The notes under the pieces: generated by a model | What the model saw: only the letters and a program-made list of their open reading frames with translations | Told to the model about the DNA's origin: nothing | Databases searched by the model: none | Made by a program: the position numbers and the translations under genes | In this document: positions 14,401-28,165 of the stretch, in pieces | Position numbering within the stretch: position 1 is the first letter of the stretch | Layout: the number at the start of each line of letters is the position of its first letter | Assembly (NCBI GenBank): GCA_030704615.1 | Contig: CM060732.1 | Location: 682,001-746,000 of the forward strand | Origin: Takakia lepidozioides | Taxonomy: Eukaryota > Plantae > Bryophyta | Reading direction: 5' to 3' | DNA: 64,000 nt

Positions 14401-17400
14401 GGCTGTTCGGGTTGAGTTTGGTACCCCTTCCTTAAGCTCCCGACAAGATGAATTCAAGGTCAGATGGTGGGGTCAGCTGCAACATATGTCCAACATCAGA
14501 TATCCGAAGTTAATCGACTCTATATCTTGGAAGCAGGATCGCCCTGTCAAACAGGCTAAGTCCTGGCGGAAGAGAGTAGAAGAGATTCCCAAGGATCTGA
14601 ATCTTAGCCCGCAAGTCTTGACCCTGCTGGATAAATCTGACTTCGAGGCTGTAGTCTCCAAAGCCATGTCTGTTGCCAGGAAATTGTCTGATGACAATGA
14701 ATTAGGCAGAAAACTTCCCTGAACTAGTTTCCAGTCTGTGACATGGGGGAGGACATCATGGATGACCTCAAGGGTCTACCCACTCTTGGCACTAGACTGA
14801 AATTTAAACTCAGGCTGGGAAGCCGACCTTTGAACAGCAAACAGAAGCAGAGAGGAAAGGGAGAGTGCAATTACCCGTTGTGTGGGCAACCTAAAGACAA
14901 TATTCATTTCCTGATTCATTGTCCGGGGTTCTCTCACCAGAGAGACGCTCTCTTCAAATCTATCAAGGGAATTGTGCCTGTACCTCTGTTTACCAACTTT
15001 GAAAGTCTCGAGGCTGAGCCAAAGCCCAGGCCTTTTGGGGCCTAGTTATTGGGCAAACCACACACAGCAGGTTGATGCTTGTGTAAAGGGATTTCTAGAG
15101 GATATCTGGAAAACTCAGATCAATTGTTGATTCCAAGGTAAGTCTTACAACCGGCGTCAGCCCCTGACAAAAGGTAGGTTCCATCCCTTTGTGTTCCGCT
15201 CAAACTGGGCGCGGGGTCAATGGCCACAAGGCTACGGCAAACAACGTCTAATGAGTACATTCTATACAGGGATGAATTTCATCTACAAGTAAAGCTTCAG
15301 CTCCAAAGGGGTCACCTCAGTAGCTAGTTTAAGCTTGCAAGGTGACAAGTGTTGTTTTTCTGTCATGTACCACAGTGCATACAAACCTGCTCCAACAGCG
15401 GGCAGAAGAAGAATTGAAGATGTTGGAAAGTGTGCGGGCATCAATCCCCAGCTGCTGACCCAAAGCAAGTGCCTCTGAAACACCTGCCATGCTGATTGCT
15501 AGTGCAAGATTGTTGCACACCTTGGCTGCCTGCACCCGTCCCAGCTACCCTCTCAACACCACTTACACACTCTTGAGCTTGCAAAGCTAGATTTTCAGAG
15601 AACTCTCTCCACGATCCACTTGTCCCTCAGAGAGAACAGCAAACTGCATTTTCGCTTTCCATCTGTTTTTGTCCATCACCTTGTTTCTCTGCCCAATATC
15701 CACACGTGTTTGTCTAAAACACTGACTTCACAACCGCAGACCTTCTTGCACACTGACTGAGAGAGTGCCCCTGCTTTGTTGACAGGTGCATCTTCTCTGT
15801 CTCTTGCCACAATAAAAGGAGCAGTTGAAGGTTGGCAGATAAGACAGCCTTATGATTATAGCACAACCATGATCAGCACAGGGCACCAGCAAAGCTAGTG
15901 GCACACCCAATACTAACAAAGAGCTACAGGGATGGAGGCTTACAGCACCGTTACCAGCACCTCCACAATGAACCACCCGCTTTCCCATGGCCTGCAGCAG
16001 TGGCTGAGCTGCCATAAGCGCCTCTTGGGAACCCCCAACCTAGTATGAGCAGCCAACCACAAAAATTTGGCACCCATACAATGTCACTATTGGTCACGGA
16101 GAGAATGTGTTCTTTACGCTTAGCATTATGGCCATGTACCTCATGCCTTGTTTGGGAGGAGCAGAAAGAGTGGGGGGAGGGGCACAAGACGAGAGAAAAA
16201 TTGGACCCTCTACCATCATGTAAAGCCCAGTAAGGGGCCTTACATTTGGAAATCAACTATATGTGGGAATCCAATATTTCTCAAGAAAATTCTTAGACAG
16301 TTAGATGTAAGTATTCATCCCAGACTTCAGACCTACGGAGGCCACGTCATAGACATTTCTTGAACAGAGGGAAAATGCATTCAGTTCCATTTGTTCTGAA
16401 AGCACATGGAGATGCTGAGAGTAGCTTTGTTCCATCTGGGTCACTATTTAGCAACATTTCTTCTGTGGCTCAACTTACGTAGGGCTCCAATCTCCTCCAT
16501 TGCTCTACCAGGAGGTCAGGTGTGCGTCTGTACTGGACATTGTTTGCTGTAGCCTTGTGGCCATAGACAGCATCAAACTGCTGTGTGTGAGCAGCCCAAA
16601 AGCTAGACCCCAATAGGGACCGGGCTGTAACGCTCAGCCACAAGATTTTGAAAGTTAGTGAACAGAGCTGCAGGAACCATGTTCTTGATGTTCCTGAAGA
16701 CCGACAGTCTCTAGTGAGAAGACCCTGGACAATGTATCAGAAAATGGATATTGTCTTCAGGTTGCCCGCACATCGGGCAATTACAATCTCCTCTTCCTCT
16801 CTGCATCTGTTTCTTCCCTGAGTTTAAAATTCAGTCTAGTGCTGAGGGTAGGTAGGCCCTTCAGATCATCCTTAAGGTCCTCGCCAACAGCTCTGTCTCA
16901 CTATGATAATCAGTGTCCGCAATTTATTTTTATTTTATTTTTTAGTTACAAGGTCGGGAAAGTTTTATGCCTAACTTCATTTTCATCAAACAGTCTTTGG
17001 GCATCAGACATGGCTTTGGACACAACCCCTTCAGGTCAGCTTCATCCAGTAGGGCCAATTCTGCTGGACTAATATTCCGATACTTGAAAATCTCTTCTAT
17101 CCTTTTCTGCCAAGACTTAGCCTGTTTAACAGGACGGTCTTGCTTCCAAGAAATAGTGTATCTGGTATTAGGCATGCGATTCAACTGACCCCACCCTCTG
17201 ACCTTGGATTCGTCACGTCGAGAGCTTAAGGGAGGTATGCCAAACTCATTAAATTCTAGAGATTTAGCATGGTTGGAAGTGTTCACCCACAAGGCAGATG
17301 CATTCTCTGAGGCCGGCCAACTTACGAGAGAAATGAAATGAAATGGTGCTTTATAACGTTATAACGAGAGAGAACGAGGCAGAGAAAGCGAGAGAGGATT

Positions 17401-20131
17401 TGCGGCGTTTCTCCCTTTCATCGCAGTAAATTAAAAAATGACAGAGAAAGAAAGAGACTTCTGCGGGAGGTGAAAAGACCCAAGGAACACAACTAGAACA
17501 CCACTTGTGGAACCAACAGACGCCAAAGAACAACAAGATATAAAGATGATCTGTAAAGCCTTGCAAATACAGTGAAGTGAGAGAGAGAGATCACCATAAA
17601 TGTGAGAGTGGCGGCTTGTGCACCAACCACACCACCAGAAACTGGAGCATCAAGCATCACTGGGGCCTGTCCTGCCCCAATGTCTCCTGCATCATCCACA
17701 AACTACAGCCAAGAAACCATGAGCAATAAAGAGCATTAAAGCAGCTCCACAATGAATACCCCTATCATAACTGTTCAGATGAGTAAGCAGATGCCTAGCA
17801 CTTCACAGATTACTGTATCCTTCTTTTCTCCTCCTTGAATGCTTCAATGTCCATCTATTATTTCTTGTGTGCTCAATATCTCAAGATCTCAATGTCATAT
17901 TGTCTGAAATATATGATTCAAACACAGCAATCCAGCATCTGGAAGCACCAGTGTAGAATATCTTGAAAGCACACCGCTTCTTGAAGTTCTTCTGCGATAC
18001 GCTTTTTCCCACTTACAAAGTTCTAGTAATAGGATCTGCTTCTATCTTAACTGGAGAGGAAATCACTAAACCCATCCTGCTTCTTCTCCCCCCACGGAGT
18101 CCTTCTCTCTCCACTTAATGGGATATTACATACCAATGTGATCAAATCAATCAAATGGGAATATTTTTTTTCAGTTGATGCAGGGCACAACAGATGGGGA
18201 AGAGAAAGGAATTTGGTGAGAAGGCTTCTAATTCCAAATTACAATCAATGGGTAGTAAAGCTGGGCTACAAGACATACATACTTGAGTTTGAGGCAAGTT
18301 TACAAGTAGCAACTTTGGATGCGAGAAGACGACACATGTGAGGGTCAATTGTAGAGGCATCAATGAGCAGTGAGGGATGCACAGCATCATTAGGGTCCAG
18401 TAGCCCATTGGGTCCTACATACACCTCTTCTGCCTGCCAAAGACACCCATTTGACAAATCCCCACAACAACAGCAAATGTAAGTGCGTGGCAAAAAGAAA
18501 CAGCCACAGATCACCTCTATGACATCACTGAGCAGTTTCAGACTGCATGTTGACAGTAGCCACTGGTCTATAACAGTCCATGGCATTAATGATGGATCAA
18601 TATTTTCAAGCAGTAAAAATGACACATCTTGTACCTCACAATGGTGCAAAAACATGTTTCTAGAAACTATCTAGGAGGTATTATTAGGGTGATGATTAAG
18701 ATGCATTTGTGCTATTTTTGTTCTGCAAAAACTCATAGGGATAGATACAATGCACATGTTTCACAGATTTAAGTGGGCAATGATTAGTCGTAAGCTGAGA
18801 TCAAAGAGTCAAGAGGAGTACTTGTGGTGAGGATGGCAACATGGTGATTACAACATCACTTGCATGTGCCACATCCCGGGGATTCAGCGCGGTGCTAGCC
18901 CCTTTCCCAGCAAAAGGTCTCATCACCTTCTCGTTTCTGTACACACTTTGTAAAACCGTAGACTCGAGATGATATCTTTGCTGATCCTTTCGTATGATTA
19001 CGAAATTTTTCGACCTTCCTTCTTCCATCAACATGATAATAACCCAGATACCCCGGTCTATAGGACCGGATTCCCCACCACAACAATATGCTATGCAATA
19101 TCAACTAAGAAAGCATGTAATTTCTCTCTGATGTTTTTCTTTTTTTCCTATGTGAGGTTTCCACCTCCAATGTCACTTTTCAGTTTCTTTCCGAAACCCA
19201 CAACCCTGACATAAACCTTCATAAGCTAGGAATCAGTTAAGTAGTTTGCTTCTATGGGGTCAACTAAATTACAGGGCAGATGACCTGGGGTATCAGCAAA
19301 GGCACTTGAAAGCTTCTACAAATCTGAATTTGTCACCAGTTGTCATAACTCATGGATGCATGAAGCCACTCTATGGAGCGAAAATCTACTGCAAATTGCT
19401 TATGAGATGAGGCAAGACTTAGCATGCCTGTCATGGACAGTCAGGTGATGGCCAGCTTTGAGAAGGTTAGCAGCCATGTGCGCTCCCATGTTACCAAGCC
19501 CAATAAAACCCACTCTCTGGACCAATCCCACACCAATCTCAATGAAATTTAGATCAGATCAACTGACACATCTCCTTTGATCGCTGTATCCTTGTGGGCC
19601 AAAGACCCCACATCTGCTTTGCAAAGAGCAGGAAAGGCAAGGGGAGTGGGAGGAGAAGCAGAATGATCTCTAACTACGTCCACAGAAGGCTTGCTCCATT
19701 AAAGAGACTCACCGAAGAAAAGGAAGATGATCCTGACTTTCTAGATCTTTCCGGATGGCTCACTTCCGAGCCCAGCAGCGATACCTGGACCGTCTACACT
19801 TGGTAATTCCAAAGTCCAGATTCTATCCAATTTGTTGAGCACCATATGCGAGGTTCTTTCTGCATGGCTAGTGTTTCAACACCTTATTCAGTTCGGAAGA
19901 CTTCTGAGTAAATCGAAAAAATTCGAGGATAGGGAAATAGAGATGCATCCAGAAAGTTTTGAAATAAATGTAGCTGGCATGTGAAGGACATACCAGAGGC
20001 TCAACACAGCAACTTGATGAGAAGAGCTTGAGGCCAGTACTGTGCCACACATGTGCACTAGCCCGAGAACACAGAGAGGCAATAGACTCAGACGAGTACG
20101 CCCTTCCCCATCGCAAGAACCTGGATGCCAT
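8480..20131 (-). CDS. HIBADH: 3-hydroxyisobutyrate dehydrogenase (probably mitochondrial), 10 exons
   Basis: Exons 20131-19994, 19516-19428 (RVGFIGLGNMG Rossmann motif), 18936-18822 (VITMLPSS), 18433-18283 (IDASTIDP), ~17686-17595 (DAPVSGG..A..TLTFM; acceptor could be 17671), 16039-15944 (VGG...HCGGAGNG), 15529-15387 (AAKVCNNL), 9731-9647 (DTYNPVPG...GGFSCQLM), 9064-8985 (AKDLGLA), 8597-8480 (DFSSIF, TGA). Splice phases are consistent. Confidence 0.93.
9922..10215 (-). repeat. Inverted copy of segment 11100-11390
   Basis: ~290 bp aligns by eye as the reverse complement of 11100-11390. Confidence 0.85.
10554..11110 (+). repeat. Upstream direct copy of the LINE 3' end (14710-15271)
   Basis: Both copies run from AAAACTTCCCTGAACT to GAGTACATTCTATACAGGG with high similarity. 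Confidence 0.9.
11110..15271 (+). mobile_element. Near full-length, frameshifted APE-endonuclease/RT LINE (RTE/RTEX-like) in HIBADH intron 7
   Basis: APE motifs LGIFNFSGL, ICAGQETW, GVGFFV, VGCVYMP, SDH. RT motifs KAGGPDG, NYRGITLL, QAGFR, DVKKAYD, GVAQGCTLSPLLF, MFADD, YTYL. C-terminal zinc-finger-like LCGQPKDNIHFLIHC. Confidence 0.9.
16535..17310 (-). mobile_element. 5'-truncated, diverged copy of the same LINE family in HIBADH intron 5
   Basis: ORF 16942-17292 (ISWKQDRPVKQAKSW) matches ORF 14351-14722; the family 3' motif recurs at ~16545-16568. Confidence 0.85.
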
Positions 20132-20869
20132 GGCAACGTGCACGGCCTAATGCTACGACCTGCCTCCCAACTGAGGATGGCACCAGTAAGATAGGAATCA
20201 GTGCAGATTTTTAATGCCCACGAACTGAAGAAAGTCTCAGCTTAGATATGTTGCCACCTCCTTTTTCGCCATCCAACTCTATCAATGAACCCAGACCCTA
20301 CTTGAATCTTCAGAAATCTTTTCTTAATTCTGATCAAATGATCAACTCGCTTGCTAAGAACTTGGGTGCGTGTCTCTGGGATTGGATGACACCAATGTTT
20401 TTAGGGAGTGAACAGTCCCCAGCCATGCATTCTATTCTGACATAGAGAGATTGGTGAATTGAAACCCTGTAAAGCTTTATTGGTGGGGGATCTCTTCTGT
20501 TAGTATGCGGAGTTCTTGGCCACTGAATGTTTAGTGTCATATCCATTGACCTTGCATGTGACAAGAACCCACTTTCCATTGACCACTTCGTGGAATAATG
20601 TTAAGAACGGACCAGGATTTATCTTGTAAACACATGCTTTTGCAGGCTGAGAGAGAGAGGGACTCCCACCAGAGCCAATGTAGATAATTGGTCATGTGCA
20701 TTGACTCTTAGAACATCTGCTGCTCCAGAGCTCCATCCTCAAAATAATCTCTCGTGTGCTCTAAATGTCAAAATGTCGGAGTTACTGTGTAGAGCAATTT
20801 TAATTTTATTTATTTATTTATTTGGGTAAAGAACGGGTGATTGTAGACCTGGAAATTTTATTAAGCCTT

Positions 20870-23400
20870 TTTTTTTTATTTTTAGAGAAAGGGGGCAGAG
20901 ACCCTTTTAATCAAATTAATTAAAATAAATGTTCATAAAAGGTGGAAAAAATAACCACCAAGGAGGCCGGAAAGGCTAACTAGGGACACTGCCCCCTCAC
21001 AACCCTTAACTTCCTACAAGGTGAATTTTTTCACTCCCAAAAATTACTACCCCTTGGAACTAACAGGAGGCTAACCACCTACCAGCATTCATCCACAAAA
21101 ATTGACCCTAACATACATGCCTACTTGGCCTTTACACCATCTCCCCAAATTTTAGGATTTTTTACCATTGCATTTGAGAGATTATATTGTTTTCAGGGAA
21201 AGTTTTTTTTTCTTTTGGTTTGAGAAAAAGCTTTATTTGCTTTGACCAAGCATGTTGAGGGGCTTTTTGAATTTTTCAAAAGGGCTACCCCAAATTTTCA
21301 TAGTGTATAGTACAAATGCAAAGTGCATGCCAAATTTCACATCAAACCAATATTTTACTGCATATGTTGCTTTGTATGTGTTTTGGTGAGGGTTGACATG
21401 TCCATCCCTAGCAAGCACATTCAAGCCTAAGACTTACCTCCAAACCATGTCATCCCAAAAACCATAATAACGCAAATCCCTCTGGTGAGGGGCTGTCTTA
21501 CAATGCCCATAAGCATCAATAAAATTTTCAAGAGAATCTATTGGTGAAAACCGAAATTAAAATAGGTCGAATTGAACAATTTGGCATCACTGGCCTGGTA
21601 TGCTTCAATGGCCCAATGAGGAGAGGCCACGTTTCGAGTCAACTCCCCTCCACCCAACAAATTTTTGACCCCTGTCCTTTTAGAAAAATCTGGAGGTAGC
21701 ATGCCTGTTCCAAATGGCATGCAATAAATTGGAGCGGGTGGGCCACCTCATGCGCTATAAATGTTGAGAAGGAATTAATGTCAAAAAAGTTCATCTACAA
21801 AAGTTAGGATGGTACCCAAGACAACGCGACCTGAAACGGGTCGCATGGGAAGTTAAGGGTTAATAAGGGTAATGAAAAAATAACCTTACAAGAAGCCATA
21901 AGGGAGAGTAATGAGGTACCACTCCGAGCCTAAAGTCCAGATGACAAAGATAGAAGGGAACAAAACAGAGATAAAGAGCCACCGAAATGGCTCTCTAACT
22001 AAGCCTAAGGGGAACAAAAGAAGGACAAAGAGCCATGGATATGTGCTCCCCAACTATGCAGAAGGAAGTAATAGGGGCTAGGCCCCCGAAACAACGTTAG
22101 CAAGAAGGGAAGGAGAGAGCACAAAAACACTCTACATACTACCTCTTTTCCTCTTGGGAGCCTCAAAGGTAAGATATGTCTTAGATTTCCCTTCACTTCA
22201 ACATCATCAGCTTCCAAATGTTTGTTTGGTGCTTGTTGAGCTGCCAACAGGCAGGGACGGAGTCTTCCCACACAATCCTTGTGTCTGAAATTCTTTTGCA
22301 GAAAACGAGGTCCTTCCCCCAGGATTTGTCATAGGAGGCAAGCATCTGGGTTCGCCCACAGTTGCCACACCTGGAAAGAGCTGAAACAAGAACTGACCAC
22401 ATTTTGCGAGCTTCAGACCTGAGGTCTGAGTGAGCCAGAAACAACACTCTTTGTAAGCAAGGCCTCACCTTCTGAAACAACAGTGCGCATCTCATTTTCC
22501 ATATACGCCAAAGGATTATCCCTCTCAGAGATTCCCAAACTGGACAGGAACGGTGAATTATGCCATTCTTGATATTGAGTAACAAGACAGAGGGAGAGGA
22601 GTCCAAATCAGATGACCTTGAAAGGAGTACAGGAGGAGGGCCTTGTCCCACACAGCTCGGGCAAACGGACAAAGAACTACGCAGTGTTTCCATATCTTCA
22701 GCTGCGTTAAGATTGCATGAGACACATTGAGCATGAGTGTCTGAGAAGTGTGCAACCACTGGTAGGATCCTATTTACAACCTTCCACAAGAAAGCCGTCA
22801 CTTTGGAGGGTTTGTGCTTTTTCCAAACATCAGTCCATATTGTCTTCCAAGAAACAGGGTGGCCAGGGAGATGTTGCCATTTCTGAGTCCATTTACGGTC
22901 AAGGCAACGCTTCGGCATCATCAGCTTATACCCGAGTTTGACTGAATAATTGAAAAAAAGATCATGGCTCTTGTTCATCCACACCCACTCACTTGGGTCA
23001 AAGTGCATCAACTTAAGGGGGGCAGTTAAAAACCAACAGAAGAAATTTTTATAGTGCTACAACTCCATATGAGACGTCAGGTTTGGATTGCTAGAGAGCA
23101 TACAAAAAACTCTGATGTGAAAACAAACGATGGATGCAGGAATACTCACTGACACCGGCGAGACTTCATTGTTAACAGATAGCATGTCTTTGATGAAACA
23201 TCCATTTTTTTTTTCTTTTTTTTTCTTTAAAAAAAAAAAATCCAGAAGAAGGGAAGTAGCCTCAGATTTATTTATAAGGAGAAGAGTATAGGAGGAAAAA
23301 TTAACCTCCGGGCCGTGAAGGTGTTTAACGCATGGCAAACAACCTAGGGCCAAAGGGAAAAGGGGGGGAGAAGGAGGAGTTTAAGCAGAAGAGAGCCAGA
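20870..23400 (-). mobile_element. L1-like LINE 3' relic
   Basis: ORF 22193-23011 has the zf-RVT signature (FLWKVVNRILPV...CVSC...ED, then HCVVLCP after a frameshift, LWRIWKMRC). Boundaries approximate. Confidence 0.7.
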
Positions 23401-26400
23401 CCAGGCCCCAACGCCCAAAAACAGGGCCGAGCAAGAATTAAGAAAAATCTAGATGAAACCAAAACTAACTACTCGCGATCACTGTAACTAAGCTGAGTCT
23501 TAACCCTTAAACGACCACGCGACCCGGATCGGGTCGCGTGGTTTTTCATCCATGACACCGTTTTGGCGGATGAAGTCGGATGGAATCAAGTTTGCCACTT
23601 TTTTATCCAGAAATTGGCCTCACGAAATTTACAAAGGAATTATGGGTTAAAGTATGGCATTGTTTCGCATTACCGCCCTCCCTAATGCCGTCATGTCGCT
23701 ACAATGAGGACCGCCACCTGTACAACTGTCGCACAGGGAAAGAGCCATATGCCATTCCGGTTCGTTAGATCCAGATGATCTTGCCTATCGATTTCTAGAA
23801 ACCCTACCACCCTGCCAGCGCAAGGAGCAAAGCTTTGGGTTCAAACTCTTTCCGCTTTCGCCAAGGGGTCGAGCTATGGAGGGAACTCTCGTTTAGGTTT
23901 CGTTTATCCACCTAGTATCCGTGTCATGCACCTCCATTTAAGCACACTTACACCGCCTCTTGCACTGGCACATGAGGCTTTGAGCAGGTTGCTGATCTTG
24001 GACAAAATTAGTCATATTTGTCAATGGATTGTATCCATGTGACATAGTTGTGCTAGGCATTGCAATATGCAGTGTCGTTGTTACTTAGAAAAAATTACCT
24101 CCCTTGTCGCTCCACAAACCGAACACTACATGAGTTGAGTTCGTATAAAACTCATCAAACATTCTTGACAGTAGCCACCAGTTTGAGCTTACATGCCACA
24201 GAGTCGCCAATTGATCTTCCTCATAGGCCAGCCAGGAGCCAACGTGGCTCAAGTTCTTAAATGAAAAAAAAAACGCTGCCTCCAAGCAACGATATCGTGC
24301 AACTTATCCCATGGTCTCTGAGAAGGAAGCTGCCTCCAGCTCTCTGTGTAACGATCAAGCGGGTAGGTAGCGCAATACTCGCCCAGCGGATGAGATCGAT
24401 TGCCGGCATGCAAGCCCACCAGACAAAGTGCCTTGTTCTCCTAGAGTCTAGACTACAAAATGGCGTCGCCCAACTGCACGACGCAAATCCCCCATTAACT
24501 TAGGGACCAGATGCTTAGAAGGCGAGCAAGATGAGAAGCTCATGGGACGCAGCGCTCGCTTCTGCGAAGGTGCAGAGAATGTCAGAGAGAGGGCGGCGGC
24601 GGGGTGGCCAAGCGATGGCGCGTGGAGGAGGAGCACGTGCTGGGCTACGTGGCCAGCGTGAGCGCGGTAATGAGCAAGCGTCGCGGCGCAGTCCACGACG
24701 CAGGACGTGCGCACGCTGAGTATAACTTAGAGTTGCAGGCCTTTGACGTTTTGCTGGTGGGTGTCCGTGTGCGGATGCGATGCTCGCCCACATCGTGCGA
24801 CTCACTCTCCAATCGCTCCAGTTTAGTAGTTCGCAGATATCTATTTTCGCAGGATTTGGCAATCCGCGTTTCTGTATTATATGGGCACAGGGCGTGAATG
24901 AGGGTGGATCCGCGCTGATGCCTCGCCTGGATGCTTGGCGGATGGGCACTCCGTTGTGGATGGTGGTGACGATCCTTCACGTCATGGGTCCTTGAGGTCA
25001 GGTGTCCCGGAGGCAGAGCAGTGGCGTTTAGGTTGTACTTACCTGAGATGACGCTGTGTATATGCAGCAAATGTTAGTGGGGGCGAGAGAACCAAAAATA
25101 TCTGATGGGTGTCTCCGCAACTCATGATTGGCTGCCAATCGGACCTTGGAAGCGGCCCATTCTGATTGAGAAGCAACCTAATTGCAGCTGACACATCTGC
25201 CATGGATTTATCACTGTCCTGATGATACTGACCCTCGTAGGCCCACTGCCCGGAGTCTGCTGCCCAGGCCTTGAGCACAGCAACACGATCCTCTCTCCTC
25301 ACGATTGAAAACATTATCCCTGCCTCGAGTTGTTTTACTAAAATTGGCCTCCAGTGGAATCTTGAGTAGTTTTGTGCACGGAGATGACTACTGCAGATTC
25401 CACTGGAGGCCAATCAGTAAAAGACGGACAATCGAAGTGCTCTCTCTCTCTCTCTCTCTCTCGCTCTCTAACCAAGCAATAGAGGGCACCTAAGCATGGA
25501 AACAACCCTAGTGTTGGCTCTTCTTGCTTGAACCTGGATTCTTGCTCAGATGACTTCGACAGAAAGTGATGCTAAGGTCAATCGTGCGACTGTCCTTCCA
25601 CTGAAAAAAATTGGACCTTGAGCCTTGGTCTGAAGGGGCGCATCCACTCATGCAGTGTAACATATCAGTTGGTGAAGAAGCGAAGAGACTCACGCACTCA
25701 TCACGGTGAGCCTGGCAGCTACGATGGAGGAAGAAGACGAACCCTTCCTTCCAGGAGTTTACGGGGAGGTAGGGTTGGCTATGCTTTCATCACCATCGAC
25801 TCTAAGAGTCTCACACACTGGTGAGACCACTTGTGCAAGCAGTATGCCTCTGTTCATCATGCTAATCGGGCACGGGTCAGTTCACTTGAGGCATTGTTGT
25901 GACCCCGATCTCATCTACTTTTTCACAGGTACATCCCCAGTGACAGGTCTGTCTCTATGTCTTGTCTGCTGCCCTCTTGTTGGCCTTAGTGTTCCTATCT
26001 CTGTTGTTACTGTTGGGGTCTGAATCTCTGACCCGGGTCCATGATGACGTCACTACTTGCACTGAAGGGTGGTAATTAGCAAAGCCTGCCAGAAGACTAC
26101 GGCAAAGCGACCCTCTCTCCTGTTTCTCTTTCTCTCTTTCTCTCATTTGGCTGGGTACAAAAGGGTGTCAGTGAGATCCTAATCTATCGGGAATATTCAA
26201 AGGGGCCATGCTTCCATTGAAAAGGCCTTCTGGCAGACTCGGTTTCCAAGTTCCAACTCAGGAAGCCCCTAAGGATGCGGAAGTGTGCCAGTGATTGGAG
26301 CGGTCATTTTTTTCTTTTTTTTCACAAGTAACTGGATGCTCGCAACTTGTTACAAGTGGGATTTTCCAGGTTTCTGTATGGAGAGCACTGAATGCAGCCC

Positions 26401-28165
26401 TGGTGGTGCCTGTTCTTCAATCAATAGTAGCGAATTCAACTAAATATGGACATCAGTGTAGCCGGGGTGAGCATTGTTGTTGAGTTGTGGCTGCATGTGC
26501 TCGCTTCAATCCTAGATTTTCTGGTGGGGGCTTAGTTTTTATCTAGGACTTGAGGGTGGTGAGGAAAGGAAAGGAAGAGCATGAGACATTGTTTCCCGTA
26601 ACCCTGTGGCCATAGACCCTGCCCCCAGTTCAGGCGGAACAAGAGGGAACAGACACCATCTTTGTGCAGGGCTCATTTCATAGGTGATAATTCTTGTCTA
26701 TTGGTGTGGTAGAGTGCAGGGGAGCTGGCATGTGACCTGCAATTCTTCGCTTCAGTGGTATCACGAAGCTTCCTGACTTTTGGAATTTTTGGAGCTTTCA
26801 GGGGGAATAACTCGAGTTTCTAAACTGAGCAAACTACTTGTTGCAGTGCAGCGTTGTGAGCACTTTCATGAGTGGGGCAGATATTGTATGCAGAGGCAGT
26901 TTGACGCACCAGAAGGGGATTGGGATTGTGAGGAATGTCGAAAGACTAAGGCCTATCAGATTGCACAGTAGCCCAATCTGCACACCTTGGCCTTCGTTCG
27001 AGCCCTAAAATGGGCAATGAGCTGCCCTCTGGACAGCCTCTCCAGACGGTATGATACAAGTTGATCAGCACAAGCATCACAAGGACAGCAAAGCAAAGCA
27101 TGTGTGCACTGCTAGCTGGGTATGATGCAGGCTTGCCCTTTGCTGAGTTGCCTCATGACATAGTCTGGATGATGGGCCAGCAGCTAGCTCTGCCAAGAAA
27201 TTCCTGTTAGCGACCCTCCCCTCTCCTGCCCTGGCTGGGCAAAGTCATGGGAACGTTGGCTATGTTCTCATGGGGAGAAAATATAAGTGTATCTAGACAG
27301 TATACACCGGTAATGAGGAGCTGCCTTAGTGATCATTGTGGTTTCACTTCACAGGAAGAGATATACTGGCAGGAAATGACCCTCTGCTGACCAACTTCAC
27401 ATGAAAATCAACAAGCCACGAGTACACACGCAGGTTGTCTATCTCTCATCCCGCGGTCCCCCTGTCCTTACCCCAACAGGCTGTCCAAGGCTACTTGTTC
27501 ATTGCTGCTGCCTGCATCTTTGACTGGAGACTTGCAAACCTGGTAAAGCTTGCAAACCTGGTAAAGCTTGCGGGAGTAAACTGAGTGTACCGTTCGCTCA
27601 AACAACCTAGCACTTCTGCCACTTGCCTCTGCGTGCAATGCTGCTCCGCCTCACACCACTCTCTAATTATACTCACAGCCCTCTCAAGGTGAAGTGGAGG
27701 TGCTAGTGGCTCTCCCGCCTCAGGTGTCTTGCACTCCGGCGCCATTAGCACCTGCACCCGCCCCTAACTACCGCCATATCCCTGAGTTGAAGCCATCATG
27801 CAGAATCCCTTTGCATTCACCCAAATGCACACACCCTCCCGACATGAACACTGAATACAAACAGACATGCATAGTAAAGGAGAGAGGCGCAATGTGGGCG
27901 CGCCAAATGCCACACTAAATACAAACTCACCGCAATCTCTAAAGCGCCACAAGCAAAGAAAGCAGAGCAGCTATATCGCCTGCACAAACTCCTGGTGGCA
28001 GAACATCGAATGATCCCTGGAGCGCACAAAAAAGCGCATCACAATGGAGCCAAGAGCCCACCCATAATCACATAAGCCGCCCAGCAATGAAACAGAAGCC
28101 CCACAAGCGCGCATAGCAAACAGGGAGGCCATCGCAAGAAGTACTACGCACATGAGGGGGCGGGC

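Noticed and set aside
10554-15271. LTR retrotransposon or Penelope element suggested by the terminal direct repeats
   Set aside because: No TG...CA ends, PBS, integrase or GIY-YIG; the enzymes are APE plus LINE-type RT.
25439-25468. (CT)n/(GA)n microsatellites here and at ~30310, ~49864, ~58164
   Set aside because: Ordinary simple repeats.
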